A stretch of DNA of 63,186 bases, the filler included, from Folioceros fuciformis (lineage: Eukaryota), in the NCBI GenBank assembly GCA_049999805.1. It is 13 parts of 13 records of this genome, joined end to end, with 100 filler letters (N's around TTAATTAATTAA, not from the genome) between each part and the next. Parts side by side here need not be neighbours in the genome. Positions count along the whole stretch, not along the records: positions 12,214 to 16,131 come from JBNGIO010000875.1; positions 16,232 to 20,541 come from JBNGIO010000876.1; positions 20,642 to 30,855 come from JBNGIO010000877.1; 10 more parts are not named here. One strand, 5' to 3'. Below, piece by piece: positions 12,214 through 25,833 of the stretch. Numbering within the stretch: position 1 is the first letter of the stretch; every line of letters starts with the position of its first letter. The position numbers and the translations under genes were made by a program. The notes under the pieces were generated by a model, which saw only the letters and a list, made by a program, of their open reading frames with translations, had not been told where the DNA came from and made no database searches.

Positions 12214-15200
12214 ATGCAGGAGAACCAAAAACTCTGAGATGAAGCAAGCTTGGTTTTCTTCCCCAGAATGATTCATAAGGAGTTTTACCAGGCACAGACT
12301 TTGTCAAAACTCTGTTTAAAACGTAAGTTGCTGTAACTATGGCCTCAGCCCAAAAACGCTTTGACAGTCCTACCCATGAAAGCATGCTTCTAGTCATTCC
12401 CATAAGTGTTTGGTTCTTGCGTTCTGCCACGCCATTTTGCTGCTGTGTATATGGTATAGACAGCTGCCTTGTTATTCCAAACTGATCAAATAATGAATCA
12501 TACTTGTAACTTGCAAATTCTCCTCCATTATCTGACCTCATACACTTAACTGACTTTCCTGTCTGCCTTTGCACCATAGGTATCCAAGATGATATCTTAT
12601 CAAAGGCATCACTTTTCAGCTTGAGAGGAAAAATCCAAGTGTACCTTCTGAAGTCATCAGTCAAGGTTAAATAATACTCAGCTCCTCCTAGAGAAGGTAC
12701 CTCTATCTTTCGCAATGTCCATGTGTATTAATCCTAGAACACCTTCAGCTCTTGTGGCATTTTTGTTCTTAAAAGGCAGTTCCTTTTGTTTAGAAAGGAC
12801 ACATGACTTGCAAACTAGAAGATGCTTAAAACATGAGGGTAACTTTTCTTTATAGAAGTCACCTGTGGACATTACGTCTAGCTTGACCTTATTTACATGC
12901 CCAAGTCTAGCATGCCATAGGTTTGCTAGAGACTTAGATGTAGTAACATTCACAGCTTGACTATGATCTCCCACAGAAAGCTGATAGAGATCATTTTTAA
13001 GTACCTCTAGCTAAACACACACTAGGTTGTGTTATGCTATATAAGCAACAAGAGTCCTTCTCAAAGCGAAAAGCAAATTCTGACATTTGTGTAAGTGCTC
13101 TAATTGACAACAGGTTCTTTGACATATCAGGAACATAAAGTACATCCAGCAATTCAAGAGTGAATTCACTGGAAACAAGTACACTTACTGTTCCACTCCC
13201 AAGTACCTTCGAAGCACGTGAATCTCCCACATACACTGACTGTGGAGATGACTGCCTAGTGAAGGTAGTAAACATGTGACGATTATTACACACATGTGAA
13301 GTCACCCCTGAGTCAATGAACCAAAGAGAGGGATGCTCTATTGTTGAAGTCAAGCAAACAGTCAACACTGTTGAGCTGCTCTTTGGGGCACTGCGAGAAC
13401 TTGAAGATTTGTTGCCTCTTTCAACAACATGAGCTTCAAGCTTTGGCTCCTTCCGAGCTTCTCCTGATTTCTTCTTACGACACTCTCTTTCCCAGTGACC
13501 ATGGAGCTGACACCAATTACAGTTGCCTTGCCTTTTGGGATTTCCAGATGGGGGTTTCTTGCCCTTATCCTTCCCCTTCCCAAAAGGCTTCTTCATTGCA
13601 ACTAACACTTTCTCTGTTCTTACCTTTGCAGAACCAGAAGGCCGATGGTGAGACTGCTCCTCTTGATGGAGAGCTCCCACAAGCTCATTGAAAGTGAGGG
13701 TGGCAGCACCGCCTGCTTTTACTGCGGCAACATAGGTGCGCAAGGCTACATTCTGTGTGGACACAAAGTTTTGGTAGGAGGAAGGAAGACTGGACAACAA
13801 CTGTGCAACAGTGTCTATATCAGATACAGTTCCACCAAGCTGAACAATTTGTTGTCTCAAATATTGGAAGCGAGTAATGTGAGCACTCATAGAATCTCCC
13901 TCCTTCATTCTTAGTCCATAGAATTCATTCCTAGCAGCAACAAAGGTCAATATGTTCCTTACTTGATAGGTGTCATGTAACTGTGTCCAGACATCTGCTG
14001 CAGCTGGTAGGAACTCTACCTCTGTCACTGTGGCCTCATCAAGGCCAGAAAGTAATATGGCAAATGCCAATTTATTACCCTTTTTCCACTTATCAATATC
14101 AGCTTGCTGTGCTGCAGGGCCAGGTTGAGTAATGGTGCCATCCACAAATTCCAAAACATCTCCGGCATCAAGAGGCCTTCATTCTGGCACGCCAACTCTC
14201 AAATCGTTGTGGCTTGCCATCAAAACGATCCCTCTCTTTGAAGTCACCAGAGAATGTGGAAGATGTTGCAGAAGACATATTTGTTGACCCACCGAGTAAA
14301 CTAAATGCAGCAAATTGGGCAACAAGTTGATCTAAGGCAAACATATGCAGCCACAAAGGAAAAAGGTAAACTTGTGAATAGGCTTTTTACTACATACACA
14401 TGAAAAGGCATGTGAGGTAAGCAAGAAACCCATTCCAATTGAAAAATTACCCTAATTTAAAAATTAAATTAAATTAAAGGCCAGAAGCCCTAATTGCTAA
14501 CCAATCAAAAAAGAACTAGACTTGATAGTTGCTGGTGCTTGCTGCAGGCACCCTTTCATCACAACCTTTCAACAAAGACTGTGACCTTTGCTATATGCAA
14601 GTATCAATTGGATTGAGTGCCCAAACTCCCAAGAGTAGGCTTCAAATTTGCTTGTAAATTAGCAAAATTAGATTGATTAGAAGCAAATTGTGTACGTGGA
14701 TTTGAAAATTCATTCAATCTATTAACCCTAGCAGAAATATCTTGCAGAATTAACAGCAACAAGTCCAAACGATCCACCAAAGCCTCAATTCTCTCAGGTA
14801 CTTTATCAAGACAAACAAGCCTATTGAAAATGCGTTGTAGACGATGCCTGGGAAAATTTCCAGCACCACTATCTGCAGCTATTCTATGATTAAATTGTTG
14901 TGCAAGATCTACACGAGGAGTTGTACGTCTGCCCCTTCCAGCACAGAGAAATTGAGGCTCTGTACAGCAAAATAAAAGCAGCATAGAGAAATTGAGGCTA
15001 TGTACGGCAAAATAAAGGCGACAGACGAGGAGATTGCTGCCTTCTCACTATTCTCTGACCTTGGAAGGGATAATTAAACTTTCTAAAGCCATGAGAACAT
15101 TGTTCTCCTCTCCTCCGCGTCATCCTGGATAATTACACTAGCATGATTGCATTTTAGCACTACACGTAGCACACTATGCTAGACTATAGAGAGACAAAGA

Positions 15201-15405
15201 CAATGTACAATCAGGTATAGGACTACAAGATAAAAAAAAATGCATGGTGCTCTGATACCATGCTAGAAGAAAAGAGCTAGTGCATAATAACAAAATTACT
15301 CAAACTCACATCAACAAAAGTACAATTTATGCAAAGTGTCTTTTCATAACTACTGTTAATTAACCCTAAGGTAGGTTATATTAAAATAACCCTTTATTAC
15401 TAACA
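12214..15405 (-). mobile_element. Ty1/Copia element, 5' part (145-bp LTR, PBS, leader, gag-protease, integrase)
   Basis: LTR 15261-15405 (TGTTAG...TAGCA), PBS TGGTATCAGAGC 15249-15260, gag/protease 12997-14356 (CNWCQLHGHWEREC; WFIDSGVTSHVC), integrase 12214-12974. Confidence 0.95.
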
Positions 15406-16131
15406 ACTTGTATGATCCTTTGCACACGTAGCGGCACAGGAGGGCGAAAACATCGCCCTCTGGTGGAGGATGATTGAGCTAGCCACTCAGTTGTCTGTCA
15501 TGAAGGAGACCTCTTGTAAGTTAACCGAGGCAGTCCAGCAGGCGGAGGAGATGCGGGGTAAGCTACGGACCTCACAGACGGCGGAAAAGGCTGCGCACCA
15601 GGAGGTCCGAGCTGTGTAGGCCGAACTCTCCCAGACCTGCGAGATTATGCAGAGTTATGGACAAGTCTGGGAGCAGGAGAGGAAGCAGCTCGTAGATCGA
15701 GTGAACAGCTTCCGAATCAAGGCCGAAGAGCTGCAGACACAACTGGCCGACCTCGAGACCCAAGGGGACCAACGTGAGATCACCCTGCTCCGCTTAGACT
15801 AAAGCTATGTCCGCCCTACGTCTTCGGGAATTGGCGACAGTCACCTCCTCTATTCTGGAAGAGCTTCACCGATACGTCAACACCGCCGCTACCCAACATA
15901 TTGAACTTCTGGAGGCAAGGTGGCAACCGGAGTACAGGACCCTGCGAAGAATGGTAGTTGATGCCATCCAACAACTGGATAACAGCCATGCTTTCTTCCA
16001 TGGGGAGGTACTTTAGGTTTTGACTAAAATAGCGGAGACCGTGTTAGCGAAGTTGACTCCCATGGGGAAATGGACAACCCCTAGTAGCCCCCGCTGTTGA
16101 GATGTCACCCCCGCCATGCTCAAAGGAGGTT
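15406..16131 (+). other. Degenerate coiled-coil ORF remnant, probably TE-derived
   Basis: Heptad-rich frame (EQERKQLVDRVNSFRIKAEELQTQLADLE) with in-frame TAG stops; no recognisable domain. Confidence 0.35.
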
Positions 16132-16231
16132 NNNNNNNNNNNNNNNNNNNNNNNNNNNNNNNNNNNNNNNNNNNNTTAATTAATTAANNNNNNNNNNNNN
16201 NNNNNNNNNNNNNNNNNNNNNNNNNNNNNNN

Positions 16232-17489
16232 CCCCTGGATCATGCCCATGGCTTTTCGCTTCACTGCCTCCCATAGAGAGGATAATTGACCTCCAACCGA
16301 AGCACCGAGCTGTAGGGAACGTGTAGGCAAAGCATGCATCTCACCCCCCTTTGGTATCCAGTAGTAACGAGCTTTGTTCACCTTCTTCCATATAAGTACA
16401 CAAATCTTGACTTGCATGGTGTTTGTGTCTGCAAGCCACGAAAAGAATCTGCTCTAAATTCTACTAACCCACAGCTATGATACCAAGTTTGCTCTCCCTG
16501 GCTTCTTCTGGATCCCTTTGAAACCTAGTAGGAGACCATATTGTGTCGTCTCTGAGTTATCCCTCTTGTCTCCTGCCCCTGTACAAAGCGGGCAAGCCTG
16601 CTCGAGATGACTATGTAAGCCGCAAATTCCACACTTGATAGGAAGGTCAGGGTAGTCAAAAAGTTGGGTGTAGCACTTAGACAGGTATTCCGGGTCACGA
16701 AAAATAACACCTGCAAGCAAGGAAGAAAGGCTATCTACTCTTACACCAAATCTCGGTGGTTTGCTTCTGTCAAAAAGACAAGAGTCCACCTTAGGCACCT
16801 CTACCACCCTACCGATTGTCTCCAAAATTCTATTGATCATTGGGATGAGCTGGACCAGCATGACAGGGGGTCCCACCCGTACAAAATGCCATTTAATCTT
16901 GGATTGCATGACTGTGCTCACAGGAGACCATGCCTCCAACAGTATTATTGGGAAGGATCCTCTGAAGGTCAACGTCATGTGTAGGAGCGCTAAGGCCCCT
17001 ACTGCATCATCACACTTAAATCTGGAAGGAGCCCTCGTCTTTCAAGAAAGCGTATGCAAGGGGGCATCATGTATCCTACGTTGCCTAGTCCTCAAGATCC
17101 CCAATAGTAGGAGGCCCACCAGAAAAAAGCCGCCCCACCACCGAGCTGACCGCAAGCTTGTCTTCCTCCTTTTGAAAATACTGATCCTCGGTGAGAATGT
17201 CTGCCAAAGGACCTAGTTGTAGGTCCGTACCATCATTTGCCGTGGCCGGAGCGGATCCTTGACTTGGGTCCCAGTTGGGCCTCCCACGAGTGCCGTCCAC
17301 CTCAGACGACCGTACATGTGACTCCTTCACCTTCTCTGCCATTGTCCAGCTAGGGCCAGGGCCACTAGGATTGGATGCCACCTCCTTTGTGTTAAGCCCT
17401 CCCAACTTCTGCTTATCTAAGCACATGCCAACCACCTCGGCCCATGTGCTAATTGTTGAGCCCCCCCGAGGGAGGCTCATCACCTCCAT
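16232..17489 (-). mobile_element. LINE (L1-like) ORF1 remnant
   Basis: ORFs 17085-17489 and 16475-16978: SWTMAEKVK, VVGRLFSGGPP, IGRVVEV...PPRFGVRVD, then zinc knuckle CGICGLHSHLEQAC; layout typical of plant L1 ORF1. Confidence 0.75.
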
Positions 17490-18116
17490 CGTAGCTTCAC
17501 ACTACCACATTGGCCAAATTTCTTCGCTTCTTCCCGCCCATCGGAGAGCACCGAATCCCCTACTAGAGCATGTTCTTTGGCAAAGGGGGCACATTCGGAG
17601 GTGGAGGAGCTTTAGGTCCCAAGCTTGCACATTGCTAAGTCATTATTTATATGACGATCTTCTACACCAAACACATCAAGAAGACGGGCACTACTGCATG
17701 CGACTTCAAATGAGCATGAAAAGAGAGGTACAGTAGAATGTTTTTGTGCTTCTTTTTTTTCATCGTCTCTTCTCATATTATTGAGGGCATAAGTAGTTTG
17801 TGCCTTTGTGTGTCCTCAGAACAATAATCTATGTATGGACGATATAACAAAGGAGCTACATAATGAGGTAGCAAAAGAAGATAGTCGTGGTAGTGAAGGG
17901 ATGTAAATATGAACTATAGCTAAGCCAATGACTCACTAAAGAGTAGCTGCAAGTGTCTTCCTGCCAATGAGAATGTCAATTAGGGTCAAGCCCCTAGTAT
18001 GGCTTCAGCATACTAAGCAATACATTATCTTAACCTAATGTCATTTCAAAAGAGCATTAAAAGAACCTAATGTCATCACCTAGTGTGGTTGAGTATGCTA
18101 GTTCCTCCTCCATAGA

Positions 18117-18397
18117 GCACCGTTGCTCAATAAGTCCATAAGCCATAAAAGCAAGAACTCCACACTAAATTGCACCACTGCTCAATAAGTCCATAAGCCA
18201 TAAAAGCAAAAACTCCAGACTAAACTGCACCACTGCTCAATAAGTCCATAAGCCATAAAAGCAAGAACTCCACACTAAACTGCATCACTGCTCAATAAGT
18301 CCATAAGCCGTAAAAGCAAGAACTCCACACTAAACTCTACTACTACTCAATAAGTCCATAAGCCATAAAAGCAAGAACTCCACACTAAATTGCACCA
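18117..18397 (+). repeat. Minisatellite, about 5 x 55 bp
   Basis: Unit GCACCACTGCTCAATAAGTCCATAAGCCATAAAAGCAAGAACTCCACACTAAA(C/T)T, head to tail with no spacers. Confidence 0.95.
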
Positions 18398-18479
18398 GTG
18401 TTGTTGTATGAGTAGTCGGCTTAGATGACCGCTTTATCTAAGCCAAAGAGGGTTATTTGCTTAGAGACCACAATAGTGG

Positions 18480-19000
18480 TTGAAGAAAGAGCTGCTACAA
18501 GCATTCTCTACACCTCCCTCCATAGCCCTCGAGCATAGTCACATTAAAAGAATATGTGCTGGCTTTTGTTTGATGCATCAATTGTGCACATCTTGCAAAA
18601 CTCCTCATCCATAGCCATTAACAGTCCATCCTACCAGTCAGCATTTGGTAGACAGGCTTAGAAGAAGTCCTAGATCGTAACCCTATCTTTAGCAAGATAC
18701 TAGCAGTCGACTACATGAGATTAATAGAAGAGAGTTGGCATCAGCTAGAGAAACTCAACCTACAAGCCATTGGCTTACGTTGGTCATCCTTCTATGAATG
18801 GATCAACCTATGGTACGTGTTTGCGGTGGGGAAGTTAATAAACAACTTGGATTTCACATATTCTCTTCCTCAATGCTTGGGCCACTTGAATAGATTAGGC
18901 ATAACCTGTTTCGAGGTAGATGGTTTCCCATCCTGTTTATGTCAAGTAAAGGAGTCTCTTCAATTTCTTTAGGCTTCTAGTAGAAATTTCCTCATTAGAA
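18480..19000 (-). mobile_element. LINE ORF2 C-terminal (zf-RVT-like) remnant
   Basis: Minus strand reads LPTKC*L and, in another frame, CKMCTIDASNKSQHIFF*CDYARGLWREV, matching the CxxC...HxFFxCxxAxxLW pattern of plant LINE ORF2. Confidence 0.55.
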
Positions 19001-19828
19001 GTATGAAATGATCTTTTAAAAAACTTACAAATCCCCCAACTAAGAAGAATTGGCAAGAGTTAGTAACTAGTTCCGTTTTCTAAGTACATATGAAAGGCCT
19101 TTTGTTTTATATTAAAAAACTATTTGTTGTAAAAAAATTTATCTTGAAATACACTAGTATTTTTCTTCAAACTATATAAAACACTATCCAAGTAAGGAAT
19201 GTGCGAAAAAAAACGAAAAACACGGCCTACGACCGATGTTGAAAACCGTCCTCGTATTTCCTTCCTTGCAAGAAACGCTTTCATCAATCTTTGGAGCCCA
19301 AACGTTGACACCGCAACGCATTGTCAGAAGAAAAAGAAAAAAGAAGAAAGAAGGAGGAAAGAAGACACAAGAGGACAGAAGTCAGGAAGCCAGGTTCCAT
19401 CCCAGGATGCCCTTAGAGAGCGCACGCTGGGTAGAGACAACTAGACGCATGGGCGGCATGGATTAGATCCAGTGGGCTGAGATTGGTGAACAAAAAAAAA
19501 AGGTTCCCGCCTTTCTCCTCGTTGCTCTTTCTCTCTTTTCCCTTTTTTTCTCTGCTACCCGGTGGCAGCTCCGCTGACCTACCGTACTTCCAGATATTGC
19601 GTGGCGGCGAAAACTGTGCTCGGATTCTGACTCCCAGCCCCAGATTATCAATTTGAATAAAATGAAGCCCAAGTGACGGAGGGAAGGGCCAGAAGGCGCT
19701 TGTCCAGGTGCTGCCGTTGGCCCAAAACCCCTGGCGCTGGGCTTTGGCTGCCTCCGTCTGTCTTCATATGCAATATGTAAAGTGGCCGGGCCGGGCTGGG
19801 CCAGGTTGGGCCGGGGCTGTTGGCTACA

Positions 19829-19910
19829 AGGGAAGGGAAGGGAAGGGAAGGGAAGGGAAGAGACGAGAAGGGACGGGACGGGAAGGAAAGGAAAGGAAAG
19901 GACGGGAAAG
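19829..19910 (+). repeat. Polypurine (GGGAA/GGGAC)n tract upstream of the PP2C gene
   Basis: Direct reading of the sequence. Confidence 0.85.
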
Positions 19911-20194
19911 TGAAGTGTAAGTGAAAGGAAAGGGGAACGGGGGAAGGAAGACTGAAGGGGGAAGCTCGATCGCCAGGCCTCCTGGACTACTCCAATACTG
20001 AAGAAATGCAGTCGATGCGGGGAAGCGGGATGGCGAAGAAGCTGGCCGCGGCAGCCGTGAGGTCGGCGGTGGCGCTTCCCGGATGCGCGCGTGGGGAGGG
20101 CAGCCGCGAGCCGGGGGAATTGGATGAGAGATGAAGACCCCAGTCGAGCCCGGGGACTGGGAGGATCGACCCCACGCTGCTGGACGCCGCAAGA

Positions 20195-20541
20195 ATGCTA
20201 GCAGCCTGCTGCCTTGGCGGGAGTGGTGGTGGAGGCGGCGGGAGTGGCGGCGCGGATGGCGCGGGGGACGAGGAGGAGATCGTGCAGGACCGCAGCGACT
20301 CCTTGCTGCGGTACAGGGATCTAGGGGCCTCGGCGGCCGGGCCCTTCAGCATCGCCGTGGTGCAGGCCAACGCCGTGCTTGAAGACGAGTCGCGGGTGGA
20401 GTCCTCCTCCGCGATCGGCACCTTCGTGGGAGTGTTCGACGGCCATGGCGGCCCCGACGCCGCGCGTTTCGCCAACCAGCATCTCTTCGAGCACCTGCAG
20501 CGCATGGCTGCGGCCGGGGAGGAGGTGACGCCGGATCTGCT
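20195..20541 (+). CDS. Protein phosphatase 2C, clade D-like, 5' part (truncated by contig end)
   Basis: [10 protein letters not shown]...[20 protein letters not shown]...[18 protein letters not shown]; the FSxAVVQANxxLED and DGHGG motifs are characteristic of plant PP2C.D. GC-rich codon usage. Confidence 0.9.
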
Positions 20542-20641
20542 NNNNNNNNNNNNNNNNNNNNNNNNNNNNNNNNNNNNNNNNNNNNTTAATTAATTAANNN
20601 NNNNNNNNNNNNNNNNNNNNNNNNNNNNNNNNNNNNNNNNN

Positions 20642-23600
20642 TGCCGTAACGAAAAGCTGGTGAGCCTCAGAAACAGGCCAAGCCTACTGCAAGTGTTGCA
20701 GTGAGGGATAGGCCTGTGGAGAAGGCACCAGTCAAGATACTTACCATATGTTTGTCAAGTTCAACATATGATGAAGAAAGCCGGTACTTCGATTCCGGGG
20801 CTACCACGCATATCTGCAACAAGAGGGAGTTGTTTACTTCCCTTAGCCTTGCTCATGTCCATGACAAGGTCTTCTTAGGTGATGAGCAATCTAAGACTAG
20901 CCTGAACATAGAGGGCAGGGGTCAGTGTGTGTTCAAGTTACATGATCACACAAATCTTATACTAGAAGATGTACTCTACGTCCCTAGTATGGCAAAGAAC
21001 CTTCTGTCCATGAGTCAGCTCATGCGTTTAGGTATCTTCTCAATGGTGGCTGACTCCCAACATTGCTTATTCTATAAGAAATCACTTCCTCATAGATGTG
21101 TCTTTAGGGGCATCCTTGCAAACTCATTGTACCCCCTGGATATTGTCTGTACACATACAACATCCAATAGGCACATAGCTCACTCTACTACCACTCCTAC
21201 ACTCACTGCTGAGCAGGAGGCGGTATTGTGGCACGCAAGATTAGGACATGTCAATAGAGGAAAACTGATTGATATGTCCATCACTTAGTGCCATAGAGAG
21301 CCATTGCCTAAATGCTTCAAGGATTTACCTGTGTGTGAGTCATGTATCTTGGCAAAACAGAAGGAATCTCCTTTTCCTAAGGCTGCTGCACAGAGAGCAA
21401 CTCAGGTCCTTGAGTTAGTTCATGCAGATATCTCAGGGAAAATTCATGTGCCTTCTTTAGGGGTTCCCAATACTTCTTCACTCTAACAGATGATTATAGT
21501 AGATATACCTGGACCTTCCCCCTTCGTGTCAAGAATGACACTTTTGAGTGTTTCCGAGATTGGTTCCACGTTGCTCAGAGGCAATCTGGAAAACTGTTAA
21601 AGATACTGAGGTCTGATAATGGAACAGAGTTTGTCAATGCTGCATTTGATGATTTTCTCCAGGAGCATGGTGTGCTTAGGCAACTTACTGTACCCTACAC
21701 ACCACAACAGAACGGAGTGTCAGAAAGGAAAAATCAGACCCTTCTTGGTATAACACGCAGCATGCTGATCTGTGCAAGCTTACCTCAAGGGTACTGGGTA
21801 GAAGCAGTGGTGACTACCACATATATTCTCAACAGGGTATTAACAAGCTCTATTCCACAGAAGACACCATATGAGGTATTTTGGCATAAAAAGCCAAGCC
21901 TCTTACATCTGAGGGTTTTTGGAGCACGAGCTTTTGGCCATATACCTGCTGAGAAAAGAAGGAAGTTAGATCCTCGAGCACAGGGCCTACTTTTTGTAGG
22001 CTACAGTGAAAGGACAAAAGCATACAAACTTTATAATCCGAAGACTGGTGCTATCTTACTAGCACGGAGTGTCACCTTCATTGAGCCTGGAACCCCTACC
22101 TCTCAGCCGTTCCCAGCTCAGTCACAGGATGAGAACATCGTTGAGGAAGACTCTCCATTGGAATTGGATGCAGGAGGAGTTTTTACCACTTATCCACTCG
22201 ATGATATGGATCCTATTGATCCTAAAACTCCTGATGACCTTGCTGACGAGTATGGAGACGATGCTGAGATGGCAGATCCTCCACCAGAAGAGCCTGCTCT
22301 TCGTGACATTGATATTCCAGGTGCTGCTGAAGTCCAGAATGACCTGCACCCGCTACATTATTAGCTTGGTGAGCTAGAAAATACTCACCCTCTTGAGAAC
22401 GAGGTGAATGTTCCTCACATACCAGACTTAGAGGGGGAAGTTACAAATGGACATAACATTCAAACTGATGAGTTACCTACAGAACAGCCTACACTTCGAC
22501 GATCTGCACATCATAGACCACCCCCTGAACAGTGGACAGAGCCACGCTACCAGTCCATTGATTTCCGGCAAACTTCTCTTGCCCAAGCTCCTGCTCTTGA
22601 TACAGTAAGTCCAGATGTCCCTGAGGAGCCTACCACCTTACAGCAGGCCTTCAATGGTCCACAAAGTGAACAGTGGAAGGCTGCAGTGGAGGATGAGTAC
22701 CAGTCTCTTATCAAAAATGAGACGTGGGTACTTGCAGACCTCCCACCTGGAAGGAAGGCCATTAGCTGCAAGTGGGTTTTTAAAATCAAACTCAATGCAC
22801 TTGGACAGGTGGCTCGATATAAAGCAAGGCTTGTGGCTCGTGGGTTTACCCAAGTGGAAGGACTTGATTACCAAGAGGCATTCTCCCTTGTAGTTCGTAC
22901 TCAGTCTATAAGGATTCTCCTCGCCTATGCTACTGAATTTGATCTTGACTTGCAACAGATGGACGTTTGTACCGCCTTTTTGTATGGTACACTTAAGGAG
23001 GAGCTATATATGTTGCAGCCTGAAGCCTACGAAGACAAGCAACATCCAAACCAAGTATTAAAGCTTCTCAAGTGTATATATGGTCTTAAACAAAGTGGAC
23101 GTGTGTGGTATATCACAATGCATTTATACCTGCTCAATATAGACTTCGTCCAGAATGCAGCTGATAGTAATGTGTACAAGCTCACTCGAGGAGAGTCGAT
23201 TGTCATCTTAGCGTTGTACGTGGATGATGTTATATTTGCCACAAACGATCAGAAATTGTTAGCAAGCGTAAAGGAGAAACTCAGCAACAGATTTGACATG
23301 AAGGACATAGGGGAACTGAAGTTCTGTTTGGGAATCCAACTGCTTCGTATAAGACAGGAAGGAAAACTATTTATACATCAGTACAAATACATAAACGAGA
23401 TATTGAAGAAATTTCACCTTGATGAGGCAAGACCAGCCGTTACTCCTTATGCTGCTGGTACGAAGTTAACAAGAGACCAGTGCCCACAATCCCAAGGTCA
23501 GAAAATGGATATGCAGAACATACCTTATCATACCTTATCGTCATGCAGTTGGGTCTTTAATATTCGTTACGAATTGGACTCGACCTAACAAACAGTACGC

Positions 23601-25110
23601 TGTTAGCACAGTCTCACAGTTCCTTGAGAATCCTGCTAGGGTACACTGGGTAGCTGTCAAAAGGATATTTCGTTATCTCAGAGGAACGCATAAGTATGGA
23701 CTCATGTACAAAAGCATAGGACAAAAGCAACTTGTTCTGAGAGGTTTCTCAGATGCCGACTGGGCCTCAGATTCCGATGCGAGAAGGAGTCTTTCCACGT
23801 ATTGCTATTTGCTAGGTTTAGCTGCTGTTACATGGAGCTGCAAGAAACAGGAGTATAAATCCTTAACAGAAGCTGCGAAAGAGGCCGAATGGGAACGCAT
23901 TTTCCTCCAGGATTTGGGACAGCCACAGGAAAAACCTACTCTTGTACTTTGCGACAACACTGCAGCTCTTGAGTTAGGAGGAAGCTCCAAATTCCATGCC
24001 CGAACAAAGCACATTGAAGTGCAGCACCATTACATACGAGATGTAGTTCACAGAGGTATTCTCAAGCTGGAATACATACAGATAGATGAAAATACTGCTG
24101 ATATCCTTAGGATTGACAAGACACAAACACTATTATCACATGGAGGGCATAGGGTTGAGGGACTACTCAGCTTATTTTGAGTGACTGACAAAAGTGCAGG
24201 ATCAGGTGGATGAAGCGTGAAGGATAAATTCAATCACCTGTACACCTGCCTTCTTATCCCCTTCTTATTCGTCAAAATCCAACTCCTTGATCCCGTTCAG
24301 TATTCTGATGATGCGCTCCAGCTGATTGACAAGACCTTGTCTTCTCTCCTCAGTTTGCTTGCGAGTTGGAGGATTAGAAGTATGGGTGTCCCTATCTCTG
24401 ACTCTGCCAATCAGCAAAGACACGTTCAGCTCTACATGGTAGTTCCCTAGGCGCACATGCTGGCCGACTACGTGCTTATTGTCCCACTCCCAGCCTTTCA
24501 TCGCCTCCTCTTTACTCAATGGAGTAACTTCTGATGAGGAAGACGACCTTGTCCTCATCGTTGTTGGAGATTGCAGATCATCGGGGCAATTTTCGACAAC
24601 CTCACTCCTTCTCTGCCTCCTTGCAGTAGGTACTTGGCCTTCCCCACTGCTTCTCCTCCTCATGCTTGGTCAGAGAGCAAAGATGCAGAGCTCTGAAGAT
24701 GAAGAACGTCACCTGTGAGATATCGATGATGACTGCGTGGAGAAGATTCATTCTTCTAGCCACAGCTTTCAATGCGAAGCAGGATCACGACCATCAGCTC
24801 CAACCACCGAATTGCTTCCACACATGTGCAGTGAACTGGCTGTTCCTCGTGCTTCGCTGTTCATCATCTCCTCATAAAGGACATGTTTTTTGAACTCGAC
24901 CATAGAAAACTAATAGTGGTTAGTTTAAGAGGGGGTGTTAAGAAGGAAATTAAACCTAACGCACAATTAGTTAGGAGTGAGTTACTACCCTAGGGTTATA
25001 TCATGAAAAGACACACAAACAATATTTAAACACTTTTTGACATTGAGAATAATTAATTCATTTTTCATGCTAGTTGTTTTATATACTCTCGCATTCACCC
25101 GTTTTACTCA
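20642..25110 (+). mobile_element. Ty1/Copia element (protease, integrase, RT, RNase H, about 750-bp 3' region, PPT, 3' LTR); degenerate
   Basis: YFDSGATTHIC; QQNGVSERKN; RT YKARLVARGF...LYVDDV (22404-23588); RNase H GFSDADWA (23704-24180); PPT AAGAGGGGG about 24927-24935; LTR from TGTTAAG at 24936 to about 25110 (end inferred). Confidence 0.95.
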
Positions 25111-25833
25111 AGCAAGGGGGAGGAATAGTGTCTGAATTGACATCTTGTTGGTCTGCTTCCTTGCTAAGCTTAAGGTTCATTTCTATGGGTGTAGAGATAG
25201 GTTTAGCCTCTAACATCTTAAACGTAGTTAAAATCTCTTGAATATACTTAGATTGATGAACAAGAATGCTTCGGGCCTTTCTATCTCTTAGAACTTGGAT
25301 GCCTAAACAAAATGAAAGTTCTCTAGAAGTGGTCATAAAGAAACGCCTAGCTAGCATAGATCTAGTCTCTTCTAATATGGTCTTAGTATTAGACATAAGA
25401 ACTATGTCATCTATGTACACTCCAAAGATAATAACGTGACCACCTGATCTTTTGATATAAATGTCACTATTAGAGTTCAACTTAGTAAAACCTAGTTCCT
25501 TAGGACTAACATCTAACTTAGAGTACCATTTCATAGCACTATGCTTAGGTCCATAAAAGGACTTTAGTAATAGACAAGCATTGTGCTTTGCCCTGTCCTT
25601 GATATTTATTCCCTCACGAATCTCTATGTAGATCGCGTGGTCGAGATCCTTGTATAGAAAAGTTGTCTTGATGTCAAGTTGCATTAACTCTTAGTTGTGG
25701 TGAGATGCTAAAGCTAAGAGAATCCTAAGTGAGGTTATCTTGAGTATGGGACTAAAAGTTTTATCATAATCAAAACCATACTTCCAAGAATATCCCTTTG
25801 CCACTAGTCTAGCTTTGTATCTTTCTATGCTAC
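25111..25833 (-). mobile_element. Older Copia RT fragment
   Basis: [17 protein letters not shown] 25079-25684 QLDIKTTFL...VYIDDIV. Confidence 0.88.

Noticed and set aside
18117-18397. CRISPR-like array
   Set aside because: Head-to-tail units with no unique spacers, no cas genes, eukaryotic context.
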